A stretch of 64,000 nt of DNA from an uncultured Verrucomicrobiae bacterium (GTDB lineage: Bacteria > Verrucomicrobiota > Verrucomicrobiia > Limisphaerales > Palsa-1400): assembly GCA_963702845.1 (NCBI GenBank), contig OY969763.1:5024001-5088000 (forward strand), written 5' to 3'. The translations under genes were made by a program, and so were the position numbers. Below the pieces are notes generated by a model. That model did no database searches and was not told the DNA's origin. It saw nothing but the letters and a program-made list of their open reading frames with translations. Shown here one piece after another: positions 1 through 11,100 of this stretch; the stretch's first letter is position 1; each line of letters begins with the position of its first letter.

Positions 1-118
1 GTGGAAATGCTCGAAGATACCGAAGGTTTTGCAGCGCGTGTGCCCGAAGCAGACGCTGAGCTCCCCCGCCGCTTTGGAATTGTGCGCGTGGACCTGCAAC
101 TCGACGCATCCTTTCCAG

Positions 119-146
119 CCCTCAACCCTCAACTCTCAACCATCGA
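119..146. repeat. Heptamer tandem repeat (CCCTCAA-like x4)
   Basis: ccctcaa ccctcaa ctctcaa ccatcga. Confidence 0.7.
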
Positions 147-150
147 AAAT

Positions 151-200
151 TGCACCTGCTGCCACCTTCTGTCACCTACTGCCGGCCATTGCCACCGGAA
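151..200 (+). repeat. 10-bp-period degenerate array, module copy A
   Basis: tgcacctgct|gccaccttct|gtcacctact|gccggccatt|gccaccggaa, followed by an A/T tract. Confidence 0.7.
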
Positions 201-242
201 AAATCTTTTATACAAAGGGTCTAAATCTCAAAAATATCCACG

Positions 243-342
243 CCCGCTTGCGTTTCGTGCGATTTCACATGCTGTTTTAACCCCCCATTTTCGCACGTTT
301 TTCACGCAATCCGACTCACCGGCCCACCGACTTACCGACTCA
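243..342 (+). repeat. Conserved upstream block ending in four CCGACTYA-type octamers (311-342); inverted homolog at 38926-39024
   Basis: GCCCGCTTGCGTTTCGTGC is identical in both copies; octamers CCGACTCA CCGGCCCA CCGACTTA CCGACTCA. Confidence 0.85.
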
Positions 343-427
343 CAACCCGTATGTGCCCACCACCCTGTTGTCTTGCCTTGCGAGCCCATTCCGAGTATTG
401 ATTTTACTGCCCAAGCGACACCTCTTT

Positions 428-3400
428 ATGAATCGGTTTCGAACCTTCCTGCTCATCCTGTCTCTGGTTCTGGCCATCGGCTCGCCGCGCGCTAAGGCTG
501 CGACGCTCAACGTCCCACCACGCGCCACCAATGCCCTTGCCGGCCAGCAATTCGTCAACGTCATCACCTCAATGGCCGCGCCGCCGGACACGCAGCGCGA
601 GAATTGGATTTTCGCCCAGATCGCCAGCGGCAACGTCCCCAATTTCATGCACACGTTGGTCCCTATCACGACGAACCTGACCATCAGCGGCGTGCCGCAC
701 ACCGTAACTTACTACGTCACGCCCGACTACATGGCCATTGGTTCCGATTCCGATTATTTCCTCGAACCCATGACCCCGCTGCTCGCCCAACGTGTCGACA
801 CACTCCTCGGCACCATTCGCCCCACGCGAAAAATGGTCAACGACATCGCCAACAAAGCCGTCGTCCATCTTCAGCCGAACCCGATTCCGCCGGACCCGAA
901 CATGATTACCGTGCCGTATTTCAATCAGCACAATACGATGGTCTGGACCCAACGCGTCGTCACGCTGGCCGCGCACCCGCTCGGCTCACTCGTCGACGGC
1001 GACAAAAAAGACGTCATCGTTTCCACACTCATTTACAACAATCTGCATTCCGGCGTGCCGAAACCCGTCGTCATCTACGGCTGGCACTATCCCGACGGTA
1101 CATTCATCCAACCCGCATACAACGGCCATGAAGAAACCTACGCCGATTACAGTCACGGCATCCGCATGGTCCAAAACGCCATCATCCTCGACGGCACCAA
1201 CACAACCATCACCGCTGTCCTCACAAATCCAGCAGTCGCCGCCATCCTGAGCGATGAAACCACGTTCACCGGCAACACCATTCCGCAGCCGTACTACACT
1301 GTCGCCGCCGTCGCGCCGACGATCATCACCCATCCATTCAGCCGCGCGGTCGGTCCCGGCACCAATGTTCAATTCTCCGTGCTCTCCGTCGGCGACCCGC
1401 CGCTCACCTACACCTGGAAGCAAAACGGCTCAGCCATATCCGGTGCGACCAATTCCGTCCTCACCATCAACAACGCGCAGTCAGGCAACGTCGGCACTTA
1501 CAGCGTCGTCGTCGGCAACGCCAGTGGCACAGCTACAAGTTGGAACGCGACACTGACGGTTAACGCGCAGACGCATCCGATTTTGTTCTCTGACGATTTC
1601 GACAACAACAACTCCGCCAACTGGAATGTGTTCTGGGGCGCGGACAACAGCGTGCCCGATTACACGGTCACGTGGGCTTACGACTACGGCGCGACTCCTT
1701 ATTTATACAGCGGCCTCAGTCACTTGATCCCGCCTTCACCGCATTCTACCGGGTCAACTAAAGGCGTGAAGTTCACCGTCAACACCACCAACGGCGCGAA
1801 CGTCGGCGTAAACATTTATCCAAAAAACAAAACCTTCAGCGGCAACTTCGCCGTGAAATTCGACATGTGGATCAATTACCCCGGCACCGCGAATGGCAGC
1901 GGCGCGAGCGGCAGCACGCAATTTGGAATTTTCGGCATCGACCACACCGGCACCCGCGCAAACTGGGGCGCAGCCAGCGCGACCGCCACCGATGGGCTCT
2001 GGTTTGGTTCTGACGGCGATGGCGGCACCACCCGCGATTACCGCGCTTATCTCGGCAATGTGTCCGGCACACAAACCGAACTCATCGGCGCGACCAGCGG
2101 CCTGACCGCCTCGAACCACGCCGCTGCCATTTATCAAACGCTCTTCCCCGCTCCGCCAAACGAATCCGCCGGTGCCCCCGGCAAAACCTGGGTCTCAGTT
2201 GAAGTCGATCAAACGAACAATAACCTCACCGTGTTGATGAACGGCACAGTCATCGCGCAGCGCACCAACACATCCGTTTTCATTAACGGCACAATCATGC
2301 TGGGGTTAATGGACGTCTTCCCATCGCTCGCCAGTCCCGTCGCCGAGTCCTACGTCATATTCGACAATGTCACCGTCGAAGACCTCAGCTCCAGCGGAGT
2401 TGCTCCCAACATCAATTCTCAACCACAAAACCAAAGCGTCCCACTCGCCACGCCCGCGACTTTCACCGTCAGTGCCACCGGTTCGTCGCTCAGCTATCAA
2501 TGGCTCTTCGAGGGCAACAACATCGCCGGTGCCAATGGCTCGTCGTACACCATCGCCAGCGCTCAAAACACAAATATCGGTTACTACAGCGTCATCGTGA
2601 GCAACGCGCTCGGGACCGCCACTAGTTCGAGCGCCAACCTGACCATCAGCGGGTATTATCTCGATACGCTCGACGCCAACAGCTCAGCGAATTGGGTCAC
2701 GAACACATCGTCTGCGGACAACCGCATCACGTGGAATTTCGATTACTCAACTGTCGGAATCCCACTGCTCAGCGGAGCGAGCAGCACGCGCGCGTTAAAG
2801 ATGGAAGCGAACCTTTCTTTGGCTGCCGTCGCCGCGATCAATCTATCGCCAAAAAACCAAAGTTTCACAGGCGATTACCAATTGCGCTTCAATGTCTGGT
2901 TGAACTTCGTGGGCCCCGCGCCCGGCGGCGGCACTGGTTCCACCGAAGCGTTCACCGCCGGCATCGGCACCACCGGCGATCGAGTCGAGTGGGCGCAAGC
3001 GGGCAACACAGCCAACGGTGTTTGGGTTGCAGGCAATGGTGATGGTGGATCGAGTCCCGTCACACCGACCTATCCCGACTACGCGATCTACACCAACGCA
3101 ACCATTGGTGCCGCGTCGACGCTCGTTCGCACCAACTCCGGACTCTACGCCGCACCCAACAACGCCAACCCGAGCACTTATCACGGCAACACCTATTACA
3201 CCGCCGCGTTCCCCGGCAAAACCATCCCGGCCGCTCAAACCGCGCTTGCGCCTTCGACCCAAACCGGCACTGCTAGTACTGGTTCGCTCGGTTTCAGTTG
3301 GCACGAAGTCATCCTGAAAAAAGTCAGCAACGTGGTAACGTGGTCGATCGATGGCGTGCGGATCGCTTCGGTGACGAATGGCGTCATCGCGGGCAACAAT

Positions 3401-4960
3401 GTCTCCATCGGTTACATGGACCCGTTCCCGAGCGTCGCACAGACGAATTTTGAATTTGGTCTCTTTGCCAATTTCCGCGTCGAACCAACCGGTGCAGAAA
3501 CCGGAACTGCCCCAACCATCACCGCACAACCGCAAAGCACCAGCGTGAGCCCCGGCGCAACCGCGACGTTCAGCGTGACCGCGAGAAGCTCCAGCCCGTT
3601 GCGTTATCAATGGCAAAAGAACGGCATCACTATTTCCGGCGCGACCGCATCGGCGTTCACGATCGTCAACGCGCAACAATCCGACGCGGGCACGTACCAT
3701 GTTTTGGTGATGAACGATTTCAATTTCGTCACGAGCAGCGATGCAACACTTACGGTCTTGAGCGGACCGACACGCTTGCAAGGCATGGCGCTCAACCCCG
3801 ATAATTCCGTCACCACCACCTGGACAACCGACGCTTCGAGCACCTACACGCTCCAATACAAATCAAACCTGACCGACGCCGTCTGGACGCCTCTCGCCAG
3901 CTATATCGCCTCCGGCCCGACGCTCACCATTCCTGACGGACCGATCACCGATTCGCAACGCTTTTACCAACTCTCATCTGACCAACACCTCAGCGACATC
4001 GCCGGTGTGATGAATTTCACTTTACTGGGAAACTCCGACAATTTCGTTTCTCTACCGCTGGTGCGCGGCCCTTCGTCGGTCGCCGATATTTTATCCGCAT
4101 CAGGAAACGTCATTACGACCATTGATTCACCGTGGACCAACGGCCAGTTCGTTTACCCAGCTAACGTGCAGTCGAATACTTATTACGCGCGTTTCATCTC
4201 CGGCGCCCTCGCCGGCCGCATCTACACCGTCACCGACAACACCGCGAACACAGTGACAATTAACCTCGGCTCCGATTCCGTCGCCGCAGTCGCGCAATAC
4301 GACCAAATCTCGATTGAACCCTATTGGACCCTCGCCACCGCGTTCCCGAACGGCGCGGGCGTGAACGTTTCGCCCACCCAGGGCAATCGCAACACCGAAA
4401 TTCTTTTGCCCGATCAATCCAGCCCCGGCGTGAATCTTAGTTCAGCGCGCGTTTACTTTTTCAACGCGGGCATTTGGAAACAAGTCGGCCAGGGCGGCGC
4501 CAATCACAACGACGATGTGCTCGCGCCCAACATTCACTTCATCATTCGCCACAACGTCGCCACCAACACAACCCTCTCGATCACCGGCCTCGTCGTCTCA
4601 AGCGCATTGTCCATCCCGTTGCAAACATCCAGCACCACCGCGCAAGACAACTACATCGGCCTCGCTCGCCCCGTTACGATGACGTTGAACACCTCCGGTC
4701 TCATCAGCAGCGGAGCGTTTAGCACAAGCCCGCTCCCCGGCACGCGCACCGACGAACTGCTCACTTTCGATAACGGCGTCGCGCAGAAAAATAAATCTTC
4801 CTCGGCAGTGTATTATTACTGGAGCAATGCGTGGCGTCGGGTCGGTTCCGGAAGTCAGGACGTCGGAGACACGCAAGTATTCGCACCCGGCACCGGCGTC
4901 ATCATCCGCAAAGCCACCAACAGCCCTGCCTCGGTTTGGGTTACCTTACCGACCTGGTGA
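428..4960 (+). CDS. Large secreted protein: uncharacterised N-terminal domain, three Ig-like (I-set) domains, two related beta-sandwich domains, C-terminal TIGR02597-like domain
   Basis: ORF 353..4960; ATG at 428 gives signal peptide MNRFRTFLLILSLVLAIGSPRAKA; Ig motifs such as PTITAQP..YQW..NG..GTY.V.V.N; C-terminus GNSDNFVSLPL..EPYWTL..FP.G. Confidence 0.8.
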   Translation: MNRFRTFLLILSLVLAIGSPRAKAATLNVPPRATNALAGQQFVNVITSMAAPPDTQRENWIFAQIASGNVPNFMHTLVPITTNLTISGVPHTVTYYVTPDYMAIGSDSDYFLEPMTPLLAQRVDTLLGTIRPTRKMVNDIANKAVVHLQPNPIPPDPNMITVPYFNQHNTMVWTQRVVTLAAHPLGSLVDGDKKDVIVSTLIYNNLHSGVPKPVVIYGWHYPDGTFIQPAYNGHEETYADYSHGIRMVQNAIILDGTNTTITAVLTNPAVAAILSDETTFTGNTIPQPYYTVAAVAPTIITHPFSRAVGPGTNVQFSVLSVGDPPLTYTWKQNGSAISGATNSVLTINNAQSGNVGTYSVVVGNASGTATSWNATLTVNAQTHPILFSDDFDNNNSANWNVFWGADNSVPDYTVTWAYDYGATPYLYSGLSHLIPPSPHSTGSTKGVKFTVNTTNGANVGVNIYPKNKTFSGNFAVKFDMWINYPGTANGSGASGSTQFGIFGIDHTGTRANWGAASATATDGLWFGSDGDGGTTRDYRAYLGNVSGTQTELIGATSGLTASNHAAAIYQTLFPAPPNESAGAPGKTWVSVEVDQTNNNLTVLMNGTVIAQRTNTSVFINGTIMLGLMDVFPSLASPVAESYVIFDNVTVEDLSSSGVAPNINSQPQNQSVPLATPATFTVSATGSSLSYQWLFEGNNIAGANGSSYTIASAQNTNIGYYSVIVSNALGTATSSSANLTISGYYLDTLDANSSANWVTNTSSADNRITWNFDYSTVGIPLLSGASSTRALKMEANLSLAAVAAINLSPKNQSFTGDYQLRFNVWLNFVGPAPGGGTGSTEAFTAGIGTTGDRVEWAQAGNTANGVWVAGNGDGGSSPVTPTYPDYAIYTNATIGAASTLVRTNSGLYAAPNNANPSTYHGNTYYTAAFPGKTIPAAQTALAPSTQTGTASTGSLGFSWHEVILKKVSNVVTWSIDGVRIASVTNGVIAGNNVSIGYMDPFPSVAQTNFEFGLFANFRVEPTGAETGTAPTITAQPQSTSVSPGATATFSVTARSSSPLRYQWQKNGITISGATASAFTIVNAQQSDAGTYHVLVMNDFNFVTSSDATLTVLSGPTRLQGMALNPDNSVTTTWTTDASSTYTLQYKSNLTDAVWTPLASYIASGPTLTIPDGPITDSQRFYQLSSDQHLSDIAGVMNFTLLGNSDNFVSLPLVRGPSSVADILSASGNVITTIDSPWTNGQFVYPANVQSNTYYARFISGALAGRIYTVTDNTANTVTINLGSDSVAAVAQYDQISIEPYWTLATAFPNGAGVNVSPTQGNRNTEILLPDQSSPGVNLSSARVYFFNAGIWKQVGQGGANHNDDVLAPNIHFIIRHNVATNTTLSITGLVVSSALSIPLQTSSTTAQDNYIGLARPVTMTLNTSGLISSGAFSTSPLPGTRTDELLTFDNGVAQKNKSSSAVYYYWSNAWRRVGSGSQDVGDTQVFAPGTGVIIRKATNSPASVWVTLPTW

Positions 4961-6160
4961 AAGCGTGTTGAGCAGAGCGGCCAATCGCCTCGTCTGGTCC
5001 CGACGCGAATAGTGTTCAACCGCTTGCTCGTTGCGCGTCAGCTTGATGTCGCCGGTTTGTTTCCACTCGGCGTACCACTTTGTGAGAACGCCCGCGATTT
5101 CCTGCGGTGTGCTGGTGATCTCGCCGGCCCTTGTCCGGCGGACGATGTCGCACGCATCACCGCCGTCGTCAGGTGCGAGCAAGATGGGACGTTTCGCGCC
5201 AAGATAGTCAAAAATTTTCGCCGGCAAAACACCGGGATGATCGGTGCAAGTCAACAAGAGCAACGCCGCGCTCTTCTGTTGAATTTCAATGACTTGTTTG
5301 TGTGGAACCTTGGGATGGGCTTTGACCGGCAACGTCTCCAACGCGCCGGGACAGGTCTCATTGATCTGTTCGACCGATGGTCCGTAAAAGTTGACCTGGA
5401 TTTTGTCGCGAGGAATCGAGCCGCTGTTTAACGCAAGCCGAAGCCCTTGCATGAACAGGTCAGGATGCTCAAGCCGAACGATTGAGCCGGTGTAAGAAAT
5501 TGTGAAAACCGATTTGTCCGGTTGCACGCCTGTCGGAAACAGCGCCGGGTCATAACCGTTTTCAATGACCTGCACTTGTTTGCCGATCCTGGGCGAAAGC
5601 TCTTTGGCCCAGCTCGGCGAGACAATCGCGACCGCGTTGGCATCGCGGCAGAGTCGTCGCTCGTGATAAGCCCAAATGGGCCGCTTGTACCATGAACCAA
5701 ACGGAACAAGACTGTAGCTGTCGCGCAAATCGGCAATCCACGGCTTGTTGATTCGCTTGGCCGTTTGACTCGCTAAACCCATCGTGACAATTGGATCGCT
5801 CGTCGCCCACACGGCATCAAACTGAGTTTCGCGACAAAGTTCGGTGATGGCTTCAGTCGCCTTGCGCGACCACAGGTGTGGCGCGAGGTGCGGGCTCGCG
5901 TAGGGCAATAATTTTCGAACCACCATGCGTTCGTAAAACGTGCGATACGGCGGCTGGGGAACGCGCACGATTTTGACGTCGTCCGGTATTTTGCCGACGA
6001 AGTTCGGATCTGAATCACGACCCTCGGCCGGCCAGTCCTGGCAGACGACGGTAGGCAGCCATCCGTTTTCGGGCAGATACTTTGCGAAGCAACCGGTGCG
6101 ATAACTGGCCACGTGATTGCGCGGAGGAAAGTAAAATGCGATCAAGAGGACTCGTTTCAA
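4946..6160 (-). CDS. Glycosyltransferase, GT4-like (GT-B fold)
   Basis: KRVLLIAFYFPP start, WIADLRD, IENGYD, PAKIFDYLGAKRPIL; TTG start chosen at 6160. Confidence 0.85.
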   Translation of the reverse strand: MKRVLLIAFYFPPRNHVASYRTGCFAKYLPENGWLPTVVCQDWPAEGRDSDPNFVGKIPDDVKIVRVPQPPYRTFYERMVVRKLLPYASPHLAPHLWSRKATEAITELCRETQFDAVWATSDPIVTMGLASQTAKRINKPWIADLRDSYSLVPFGSWYKRPIWAYHERRLCRDANAVAIVSPSWAKELSPRIGKQVQVIENGYDPALFPTGVQPDKSVFTISYTGSIVRLEHPDLFMQGLRLALNSGSIPRDKIQVNFYGPSVEQINETCPGALETLPVKAHPKVPHKQVIEIQQKSAALLLLTCTDHPGVLPAKIFDYLGAKRPILLAPDDGGDACDIVRRTRAGEITSTPQEIAGVLTKWYAEWKQTGDIKLTRNEQAVEHYSRRDQTRRLAALLNTLSPGR

Positions 6161-6235
6161 CGCGGCGCGAAGGTAGTTCGCAGAGGAAATGCTTTTCAAG
6201 CATAAAGAAAGCCATGAGAATGCGCGCCGTCGCGC

Positions 6236-7327
6236 ATGAACGCCGTTATCCCGCACAAATCCAAACCTGCCGTGCGGCATTTGCACGTTCTGCAGAACTC
6301 TTTCTTTGTCACGCCGTTCCTGGATTTTTTGAAAAAGCACTTTCCGGAAGAGTTTGCCGGTTCGACGTTTTACGCGATGGGTTACAGGGACCGCATCCAA
6401 ACCGACGTTCCAGTGACGGTCGTGAAATCGTTTGGCGACTTTATCAAGCTCTACCTAAAAATGCGACGCTACGACCGCATTTTCTTCCATTCATTTCCAG
6501 CAGCACACAAGCGGCTGATGTTGATGGCGCTGTCGCCTTCGTTGCTGAAGCGCATGACATGGATTATCTGGGGCGCGGACCTCTACAACGAATACGAATA
6601 CTTGAGCACCAGCCCGAAGGGTTCTCACCGTTCGCGCTTGCGATTATTGCGGTTTGTCACGTCGCGGTTTGGCGCGGTCGCAACGCTTTTGCCAAGCGAC
6701 TTTGAATATGCAAAGAGCATCTTTGGTTTGCGCGGCCAGCATAAGCCGGTGAGTTACATTCCGGTTTCGGATTTGCCGCACGTCGCGGAGAGAACGCGCC
6801 AACCCGGCGAACCATTGCGCATTCTCATCGGCAACTCGTCCACGCGCACCAGCCGATTCGAAGACGCGTTTGAAAAGTTGAAAGTTTATCGCGACGAGAA
6901 CATTGAAATTTTCGTTCCGCTCTCTTACGGCGATAAGGAATACGCGCGTGAAATCGCCAGGCTCGGCGCGGATATTTTCGGCAACAAGTTCAAGCCGCTC
7001 CTCGAGTGGATGGCACCCGCTGATTACGGCGCTTTGCTCAACAGCATCGACATCGGCGTGTTCAACCACAAGCGACAGCAGGCGTTGGGCAACATCTATC
7101 ACATGTTCGCCGCCGGTAAAAAAGTTTATGTCCGGAGCGACGGCGCGATGTGGTCGTTCTTCAACTCTGATTTGAAGACAGAAATCGGAGACGCCTGCGA
7201 TTTGGGAAAGATTTCGTTCGACGAATTAGCCAAACCGGTAGACGGACGCGCTAACCACGAGAAGATCGGCGGGCACATCGGTCTGCCGAACTTGATCAAA
7301 ATGTGGAACGGGATCTTGCGCGAGTAG
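6236..7327 (+). CDS. WecF/RffT-like 4-alpha-L-fucosyltransferase (GT56)
   Basis: WIIWGADLY, ILIGNS, FVPLSYGDKEY and RQQALGNI motifs typical of the WecF family. Confidence 0.75.
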   Translation: MNAVIPHKSKPAVRHLHVLQNSFFVTPFLDFLKKHFPEEFAGSTFYAMGYRDRIQTDVPVTVVKSFGDFIKLYLKMRRYDRIFFHSFPAAHKRLMLMALSPSLLKRMTWIIWGADLYNEYEYLSTSPKGSHRSRLRLLRFVTSRFGAVATLLPSDFEYAKSIFGLRGQHKPVSYIPVSDLPHVAERTRQPGEPLRILIGNSSTRTSRFEDAFEKLKVYRDENIEIFVPLSYGDKEYAREIARLGADIFGNKFKPLLEWMAPADYGALLNSIDIGVFNHKRQQALGNIYHMFAAGKKVYVRSDGAMWSFFNSDLKTEIGDACDLGKISFDELAKPVDGRANHEKIGGHIGLPNLIKMWNGILRE

Positions 7328-7329
7328 CC

Positions 7330-8046
7330 TCACGCGATGGGCTTGATGGCCGTTCCGTTCAGCCCGATTGGCATTAGCTGGTCGGTGTAAGCGTCCGGTG
7401 GGTCATCAATTCTCTCAAGCCAGAGCACGACAGGGATGGCCATGCGGGCAAGAAGCGATTTTAAAGACCGACGCCATCCCCGCGCTGACCGGCGTCGAAT
7501 CCACAGACTTAACATTTGTGCCATACTGGCGTCCCATCCTCCGGACGCTCGAATCATGATTGATGAAAAGCCGCTATTGGTCAGGTGACGTTTCAGCGAA
7601 AACGGCGTGTAACGATATTCATCGTAAGGTGAGCAATGAAGCGGCCACAAAAACGGCACGGTGAAATACATGAACCCGCCGGGCTTCAACACCCGCAATA
7701 TTTCCTTCATCACAACTTCCGGTTCTGGACAATGCTCGAAAACTTCAGTCGCCATCACGCAGTCCACGCTCGCATTCTCCATCGGGATTACTTTTCCGTC
7801 CCATTCCAGGTCAGGTTTGCCATACTCGTTATTCGGTAGATCAAGGCCAATGTAACGCGTCACCCGGCTGCCGGGTTGAACAAATAACGATTTGTAAGGC
7901 ATGCGTCCGCATCCAACGTCCAGCACCGTGCCGTGAAAATTCGGCAATTCGCGTGTGAGGGCCTTGAGCACGGCACGACGCGGTATGTAAATGTCGATCC
8001 TTCTGGCGGTGCACTTGGGATTGAGGAAATCATGTTGGTCGGCCAT
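7330..8046 (-). CDS. Class I SAM-dependent methyltransferase
   Basis: VLDVGCG, EVFEH, RVLKPGG, VPFLWPLH..PYD.YRYT; start moved to ATG 8046. Confidence 0.88.
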   Translation of the reverse strand: MADQHDFLNPKCTARRIDIYIPRRAVLKALTRELPNFHGTVLDVGCGRMPYKSLFVQPGSRVTRYIGLDLPNNEYGKPDLEWDGKVIPMENASVDCVMATEVFEHCPEPEVVMKEILRVLKPGGFMYFTVPFLWPLHCSPYDEYRYTPFSLKRHLTNSGFSSIMIRASGGWDASMAQMLSLWIRRRSARGWRRSLKSLLARMAIPVVLWLERIDDPPDAYTDQLMPIGLNGTAIKPIA

Positions 8047-8157
8047 ACAAACAATTTTGAATTGTTGCGCAGTTTGCCGATATGAACAAACGGCGTCCAG
8101 ATAAACCAATTCTTCTCGCCTGCTTTTGTTCGACACGGCAGAATAGTCGCGCTCCTT

Positions 8158-11100
8158 ATGAAACAACTTTTGCTGCTTGCTGTTTGCGCCTCAACAGCTG
8201 CGTATGCCTCCACTGCTCAATTCAAATTCGCCCACCAAACACTTACTGTGCCTGATGGGTTCACCGTCGAACAGGTTACCGCGACCGATCTGCTCCCAAG
8301 ACCGATCGAAGCCGACTTTGACGAACAGGGCCGCCTTTACGTTACTGACTCGTCTGGCTCGAATGAAAAGCCGCCGGTGCAACTGGAGCAAAAGGCACAC
8401 CGGGTGTTGCGCCTTGAAGATACGAAAGGGAACGGTCATTTCGATAAAACCACGGTGTTTGCGGACAAGCTGACGTTTCCGGAAGGGTGTTTGTGGTATA
8501 ACGGATCGCTGTATGTCAGCGGTGTGCCGAGCATCTGGAAACTCACTGATACGAACGGTGATGGCGTAGCGGATTTGCGCGAAGAATGGCATCTGGGCAA
8601 GACGATGACTGGTTGCGCTAATGACCTTCACGGGCCATACCTCGGATTGGATGGTTGGATTTATTGGTGCAAGGGCGCCTTCGCGGAACAGACTTACGAC
8701 GATCCCGGCCACAAGCCGATCAGCAGTCGTGCCTCACACATTTTTCGGAAGCGACCGAAAGGCGGGATTGTGGAATCGGTCCTGACCGGCGGAATGGATA
8801 ATCCCGTTGGTCTGACTTTTACACCGGAAGGCGAACGCATCCTGAGCGGTACATTCTTTGTTCATCCCGAAGCGGGCGATCGCGATGGACTCATTCACGC
8901 GATTTACGGTGGTGTTTATGGCAAGCCGCATCCTGATGTGCTCGATGGCCACAAAAAAACCGGCGAACTCATGCCACTGATGACTCATCTTGGGCCAGCG
9001 GCGGCGTGTGGGTTGACGCGCTATCAATCGACGCAATTCGGCAATGATTTTCAAAATAACCTGTTCGTTTGCTGCTTCAATTTGCGGAAGGTCGTGCGTG
9101 TCGTTCAGGAACCCGACGGCGCGACCTACAAGACGAAGGAACAGGACTTCGTCGTCTCGGACAGCACGGATTTTCATCCCACGGATGTTCTCGAAGATGC
9201 CGACGGCAGCTTGCTCGTCGTCGACACCGGTGGTTGGTATAAGATTTGTTGCCCGACCTCACAGCTTTGGAAACCGGATTCGCTTGGCGCAATTTACCGC
9301 ATTCGTAAAAGTGGCGCACATAAGGTCGAAGACCCGCGCGGGTTGAAACTCGATTGGAGCAACACCGAAGCTGAGCAGTTGACGAAGCTTCTCGACGACA
9401 AACGTCCGGTGGTGGTTGAGCGCGCTATCCAACAACTCGGCAAAATTGGACATCCAGCGGTTCAGCCGTTGTCGAACGTGCTAACGAAATCGCCATCGGT
9501 TGAAGCACGGCGCAATGCTGTTTGGGCTTTGACACGTATCAATGACAAGACTGCCCGCGATGCGGCGCGTTACGCGTTGATGGATGCAAATGAATCAGTG
9601 CGGCACGCCGCCATTCATTCGGTGAGCGTGTGGCGTGATGCCGATGCGCAATTTCCGTTGCATCCGCTCATGCGCACGGGCAGCGCACAAATCCGGCGCG
9701 CCGCCGCTGAAACGCTCGGTCGTTTGCAGAGCAAAGCCGCGATTAGTGCTTTGTTCGATGGCGCGCCGACCAAACATGATCGCGTGCTCGAACATTCCAT
9801 CACTTACGCGCTCATCGATATTGATGACCCTGCGGCGACAGTCATTGGTCTAACGAACACGAACGTGTTTGCGCAACGTTGCGCTTACATCGCGCTCGAT
9901 CAGATGGACAATGGCGGGTTGAAGCCGGAACAGGTTTCACCGTTGCTCTTGTCTTCCGACACGAATCTGAAAGAAACCGGCGCGTGGCTCGTGTCGCATC
10001 ATCCGGAATGGGGCGAAGCGCTTGCGGGGTTGCTCCGTGACGCGTTGAACAAGGCGTCGACGCCTGAGCAACAGGACGCGTTGGAAAAGCAACTCGCTCA
10101 ACTCGCATCGAATGCGAAAGTTCAGGAATTGTTGGCCGAGAGCGTCACTGCAGAATCGAAACCGGCGCAACTCATCGCCGTTCGTGCGATGACACAAGCG
10201 CATCTTCGCGCGGCGCCCATCGCCTGGGGCACGGCTTTGAGCAAAGCGCTTGCCGGGTCTAATGCGACGCTCGTCCGTGAAGCTGTCAGCACGGCGCGTT
10301 ATGTCACATTCGAAGAACGCCCACCCGGATTGAGTGATGCGCTGGTTCGAGTTGCTAACAACAGTGCATTGCCGGACGAAGAACGTCTCAATGCTCTCGC
10401 TGCCGCACGGAGTCAGATCAAGCTCGATCCTGAACTGTTCGAGTTTGTGCGGGCACAACTCGATCCGAACAAACCAGTCGCGGCACGTGTGACGGCTGCA
10501 TCGGTTATCGAACGTGCCAAACTAACACCGGAACAACTGAAGGCACTGACCGAAAATGTTAAAGCAGTCGGCCCGATGGAGTTAACCCATCTGCTCGCGG
10601 CTTATGGCCATGCATCAGAGGAAGCCCTGGGCATGTCCATCGTGGAAGCGCTCAAGGAATCGAAAGCCCGCTCGACGCTTCGCGCCGATGCGGTGAAGCC
10701 TCAGTTCGCGAAATTTCCCGCGCCAGTTCAGCAGAAGCTTGATGAGTTCCTGAAATCGCTCAACGTCGATTCCGCCAAACAACAGGCGCATATCGATGAT
10801 CTGCTATCGCAAATCAAGGGCGGCAACATCTATCGCGGTCAGGCCGTCTTCAATGGCGCGAAAGCCGCGTGTTCCACTTGCCACTCGATTGGTTACGGCG
10901 GAGGCCATGTTGGACCGGACCTGACGCGCGTCGGCCAGATCCGCACCGAGCGCGATATTCTCGAAGCAATTGTTTATCCGAGCTCGAGTTTCGTCCGCAG
11001 CTTTGAACCGTTTATTGTCACCACTAAAGATGGCGAAGACTACAGCGGCGTGATCAAGAAAGACGCGCCCGACGAAGTCATTCTCGCAACCGGCCCGCAA

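Noticed and set aside
1..118. Protein-coding assignment for the window start
   Set aside because: No recognisable motif in any frame, and the context is cut off by the window edge.
353..427. Longest-ORF starts for several genes (353, 6400, 8166, 20043, 28508, 42273, 63558)
   Set aside because: The extensions overlap promoters, repeats or neighbouring genes. Downstream starts fit signal peptides and family N-termini better.
4021..4960. Similarity to 33927-34880 as a diversity-generating retroelement TR/VR pair
   Set aside because: Both copies are coding, differences look like ordinary divergence rather than adenine-specific changes, and no reverse transcriptase is present.
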